Shown here: piece by piece, positions 59,401 to 64,000 of the stretch
Position numbering within the stretch: position 1 is the first letter of the stretch
How the letters are laid out: each line of letters opens with the position of its first letter
Assembly: GCF_003704095.1 (NCBI RefSeq)
Contig: NW_020845647.1
Span: 620,001 to 684,000 of the forward strand
Origin: Pocillopora damicornis
Taxonomy: Eukaryota
Reading direction: 5' to 3'
DNA length: 64,000 nt
Notes under the pieces: generated by a model
Databases searched by the model: none
The model's input: the letters and a program-made list of their open reading frames with translations, nothing else
What the model was told of the DNA's origin: nothing
Position numbers and translations under genes: made by a program

Positions 59401-62393
59401 ATCTTGAAATTTTAATTCGTAATATAATTGGGATGATATGAATTTGGACAAGGAATTACTCGTCAAAATGTGGCTTTTAACCAGAGCTGGCTAATATTTG
59501 TTGACCTGAAAATGAAACTTTCTGGTTTTAATTTAATGAACATGTAACTAGAAGAAATGTGCCTGTCAATGTGTACTGATCGAATGGAACAACACTCGCT
59601 CTCATTTAGGACCATGACTTACATTGTATGTGTACTCATTTTTAAGTCAAAACTGAAGTTTTGGCCTCGTTGGCACATTGGGATCGGCCATTCTGTTCAA
59701 GCGCAGAAAGCATGCATAAACGGCCCGTAGGTGACGTCAGTTCGGTGTAAAAGATCAGGGTAAAGTGAATGTGCATAAGTATGACACGTTTTACTCAAAA
59801 TCCATCATTCTAAATTCCGGTAGTAATTGGCCTATCATTAATGTGTTACACATCTCTTCAGAAGTATATTTCTTTTTTGTCTGATTGGAGATGCAGTGAT
59901 CTTAGCGTAAGCTTTAGGTTGTGCAAATTTTCCTTCCTCACGTCAATGGTCCCGCAGTCCGGTGAGCCGTTGGGGCTCCACAGATGAATTTCCAACCAAT
60001 CTACACCATTTCTTGCGAATACTCTAGGAGATGATCAACATCAAATATGAGGTGGAATGTGGTGTCATAATGCACCATCTTGAATGAAATAATTAAGATG
60101 GTATTTGTAGAAATAAGCCTCTTTGCATGTTATTCATCCTGTGTGAGGGTAGGAGAGACATTTTTTAATTGCCTGGAGAAAGTGTAGTGTGGAAACTGGA
60201 ATGTAATAAGTTTCCTTTGCAGGAAATAGTGTCACGAAGTATTGCAGGGCCTTTTATCCCAAAATGATGAGTTTTCTCTAGATTTCTGATGTCCCCGGAT
60301 ATGCTAATGAATTAAAATTTTGAAATTTATGATAAGCATTGGAATTCAAGTGGATGTCCTTGCCTGAAATTTGTGACATCAAGATAGTGTATGAGACTTG
60401 CCATAATGAAAGAACTGTGCAAGTAGCAAATTGAAATGTATTGAAAATTAACATATTGATATTCAAACCAAAGAAAACTTCAAATTGTCTGAGCTAGTTC
60501 GTACTAGTATTTTGGTAAATTAATCAGGGATGTATTAACATTTAGCTAGCAGGCAGTCTCAGTATGATTGAAAAGTTGTCATACTTGAAAACTTTACTTT
60601 TTTTACTTCTCTGATGATCAAAGTCAGTAACTTTTTGCTCTGATGACAATCCTCTGGGTGTTTACGAATGACAATAACATTTGAAAAAAAACAGACAATG
60701 ACAATGTAACGAATGACAGTGAGATTTTAGCTAAAGGCTGCTTCTGGAAAACCCAGAAAATCGTAATTTTTTTTTTAAATTTCGAAATTGATACATTGAG
60801 CTGCTATGCTCCTTCTCTTTGCTGTTTTCTGTTTCCTGTGGTATGTCTACAATATTTTTATTGTTCATCATAGTTCCATTTACACCCGCTTTTTCACCAG
60901 GATTAGCGACAACTCAACCAAGTCAGCCCGCCGTGGATCCTCAGTCAATTGCCAAGCAACAAGCCGACCTTCAAGCTAAAATACTAAGTATTTTAAACCC
61001 TGGAGGAGTCGCCAAGTCTGGTGGTACCTCGAGTAGTTCTCTGACTCAGCAGGCAGCCATGCCAAGTGTTGTCCCTTCACCAAATGTTGCTACTGCAGCG
61101 AAATCGGCAGCACTTAGCACTACTGCAAAACCAATCTTTCCTCTGTATCTTGCCCAACAAAAACTTGTCACGCCAATACCAGGTAGTGGAGGATACTTAT
61201 CGTCTTCAGCAGCACCTGGCCCAGGGGCTTTAACAGGTGCGACAGGATCAAAGACACTGTCTTCTACTCCATCAAATCAAATCGGAAAATCTCCCCAAAG
61301 TGCAGTACAATATGGTGTTACATCTGCATCGAGTTCATATTCTGCTGCTTCTGTCAGAACAACTCCATCCGCAGCATATCAGTACACCAAACCTGCAGCT
61401 CAAGGAGTCCAAAGCACCTACGCTACTGGTGCTAACCGAGCTGCGACAGCTTCATCAAGCTCTTCTTATGGCTCTCCGGCAACCCAGCGATCTCAGACGT
61501 ACTCGGCTGTTACCCAGGCTCAAAAATCAACTGCCTCTTCTGCCACCCAGTCTCCAATTTCTGCTGTTTCAAAAGCTGGTCTTGCCGGACAAGCAATAGG
61601 GACAATTGGCGTGCAAAGACCGAATGCAGTTGGCCGTGGATCACCTGGTAGTTTGAGTGGTTCAAGGCCTGGTACAGGCGCCCCTGGAGTCCAGATGAGA
61701 ACCCCATATCCAATGGCATCTAAAGGTAGAGCTGGTTTACTAGGAGCTTCCCCGACAGCTGGAGTTAGAGGACCCACACAAACTGGTGCTGCCAGAGCCC
61801 CTGCACCTTCAGGTTCTCCAGGTGTACGCATGGGAACTCCTAGAGGTCCCTCACCAGTGGGTAGAGGTACTGTGAGGACGCCATCCCCAGCAGGCATGCA
61901 GGGACAGGCTCGTGGTAGAGCTATAGCAGTCCGGGGTGGAGCTATCTCTGTTCGTGGTGGGGCAGTTGGTGGAAAAGCTGGAACTGGTGCCGCTAGCACG
62001 ACAGGCGTTGCTGTCTCTCAAACAGCTTCCCCTAATAGGGGTGCCCTTGTTCAGCGAGGTGCTCCAATCGCACGGGGCATTCCTACCAGAGGAGGAGGAA
62101 CTGGTCCAACACGAGGTTCTCCAGCGAACCGAGGCGCTGCTCGCGGTGGCTTAGCACCTCGAGGGGCCCCTACCTCTCGAGGTGGTCTAATTTCCCGAGG
62201 GGGCCCCCAAATGCGTGGTGCTCCAAGCGCCCGTGGTGGTCCTTCACAACAGGGTACCCCAATTCGTTCGTTAGGTCCTGGTGGAAGAATTGCTGGACAA
62301 GGCCCTATAAATCGTGGTGCGCCTCGGGGAAGGCCCATGATGCGTGGCGGTCCTGGTTTCAGAGGAGGTCGTGGAAATTCCGGTGGATACTAA
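53451..62393 (+). CDS. NCOA5: Nuclear receptor coactivator 5 (Neosin-type, with N-terminal RRM)
   Basis: Exons 53451-53790, 54123-54750, 55545-55741, 58763-59053 and 60901-62393 splice in frame. RRM (RVFIGNL, NNYGFVQF), RD-rich region, NCOA5 core PTDCVIVVMNKQQRGYAE...AIVITSQHEVHRSVTVNILHGSPQEHRNMP, and LQAKILS motif. Confidence 0.92.
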
Positions 62394-63248
62394 TAGGGCA
62401 ACATGATGTGGAGTTTGCGGACCTTTTAATACAGAATTGAACAGTATCATAAATCTACCATGTTAGTGTATGTGCAAAGTGCATGCTTTCTTATTTGCTT
62501 TTGTTGTTTTAGTTGTCGTGTATCGCAACAAAAAGTGAGAGACTCCTCTTACTCCGCCACTTTCGAAAGAGAAAGGTTTTTATGTAAATTTTATCAGTCA
62601 CCGTCTGGAGTCTTGTTTCTTTTTTACCTATGCCACTCTATTGCTGGCTAGTTGTAGTTGTATTTCTCTCGCGAAGATCATTCTGCAACATGCTTTTATT
62701 AAAGAAGTCGTAAAGTTTGACCAAAAAACTGCTTTGTACTTTTCAGAGTAATATTAAACTTGAATGCGAACTATGCTGAAGTTATCTTCAATGTACCGAA
62801 ATAGCTGACAGATAAACACGCGAATCCTACACCCAGTTTATTTCATTACGTTATTAACGGTTACTGGAACTAACTGGGCCCTTGTTAAAGGTGACACATA
62901 CAGATATGTAACTTGTAACGCTTCCAGAATCTCTCTAACTTGTTGTTTTAAAATCAAATACATTTTATGATGAAATTTCTGTTTTCTCTTTGGTCCAAAT
63001 TATTCCTCTTTAAATACCTCTGTTTTCAATGTTGTATGTTTGCCCGAATTAGTCGCTCAATATTTCACCTTGTTATTGTATCGTTAAGTCATCTAGTTAC
63101 CACAAGATTTGCATTGTTTTGTATGTGGTTTGTTCATACAGGAAGAGTTTGAAAAAAACTCTTCAGGAATTAGAACATGCTGCCTGATCTTTTAACTACT
63201 GCAAACGAAAATTTAATCGTGATTACATGTGACCGGTCACACGCAGCG

Positions 63249-63461
63249 CTAAGAATATGCATTTATCTGTCGAAGCTATCTGCAGTGGTAACTTATGTGT
63301 AGGGGAAGATCTTAGGAAGCAGTGCATTTGATAGCAGTCATTCCTTCTGTCTCTCTAAGAATATGCAGGTACTTGCCGAAGCTATCTGCAGTGGTAACTT
63401 ATGTGCAGGGGAAGATTTCAGCAAGCAGTGCATTCGATAGTAGTCATTCCCTAGGTCTCTC
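63249..63461. repeat. 106-bp tandem duplication
   Basis: CTAAGAATATGCA...CGAAGCTATCTGCAGTGGTAACTTATGTG...GATAG...GTCATTCC starts at 63249 and 63355. Confidence 0.85.
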
Positions 63462-64000
63462 TCCATGCTGTTGACGCGGAGTGACTCTGCTTGTTCTTCT
63501 AACCTTTTTTAAATAAACAACTGATCTCCCTATAGAGCGAACTACAGCTGAAGGCTGCTTTCGCCCACCAATTTACTCTACTTTTCAAATTCTTATTTAT
63601 TTTTATCCTCATTATTATTGTTATTATCATTATTATTATAATTGCTATTGTTATCGTTCTCGTTTTAAAGCGAATTTTTAGACGTTTCGTTTCCTGGTAG
63701 TAGTAGACTAAGTACAGGCGGTACCATTAAGCTATGGAACCTCAGTTGAAACTAATCTCGAGTGTTGACCGTTGTTGCACAAACGTTTATGTATTGCACT
63801 GGTAGCAATTGAGCAACGGTGGGTTTGCTGTTACAAATTCGATTATAATGGTTTGTAAGCATTTACTGTAAAGATCATTTTTGGGGGGTAACGCGATCGT
63901 TAAAGAGTTATAAGTATATTTAAAGAAATCCTGACTATACCATACAGTACCCGGAAATCGCAGGAAAGCTCTTGTCGCCACAAAGAACATTGTTACAGAA

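Overview
This is intron-containing eukaryotic DNA, most likely from a cnidarian (scleractinian coral-like). That is inferred from gene style and repeat families. There are three 100-N gaps. The left part is a compact housekeeping block: XYLB (-, partial), a single-RRM RBM4/lark-like gene (+), MED10 (+) preceded by a dead partial duplicate, PRELID3/slowmo (-) and a 16-exon NELFCD (+) whose intron 13 holds an intronless antisense 568-aa orphan ORF. The middle (27.9-51 kb) is an all-minus-strand accessory block. It has two tandem hemopexin-less matrix metalloproteinases, each ending in a ShKT (ShK toxin-like) domain that the ORF track misses; one is intact and one has two nonsense codons. It also has an intronless rhodopsin-class GPCR, a secreted GH9 cellulase with two CBM2-like modules and a Pro/Thr linker, and a scrambled GH9 pseudogene containing a Penelope-like retroelement tail with a minimal hammerhead ribozyme. 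The right part is a 5-exon NCOA5 (Neosin-type, with RRM and RGG-rich tail). MITEs and SINE remnants are frequent and some are nested. Exon coordinates were read by hand from splice sites and frame continuity; no database searches were run.
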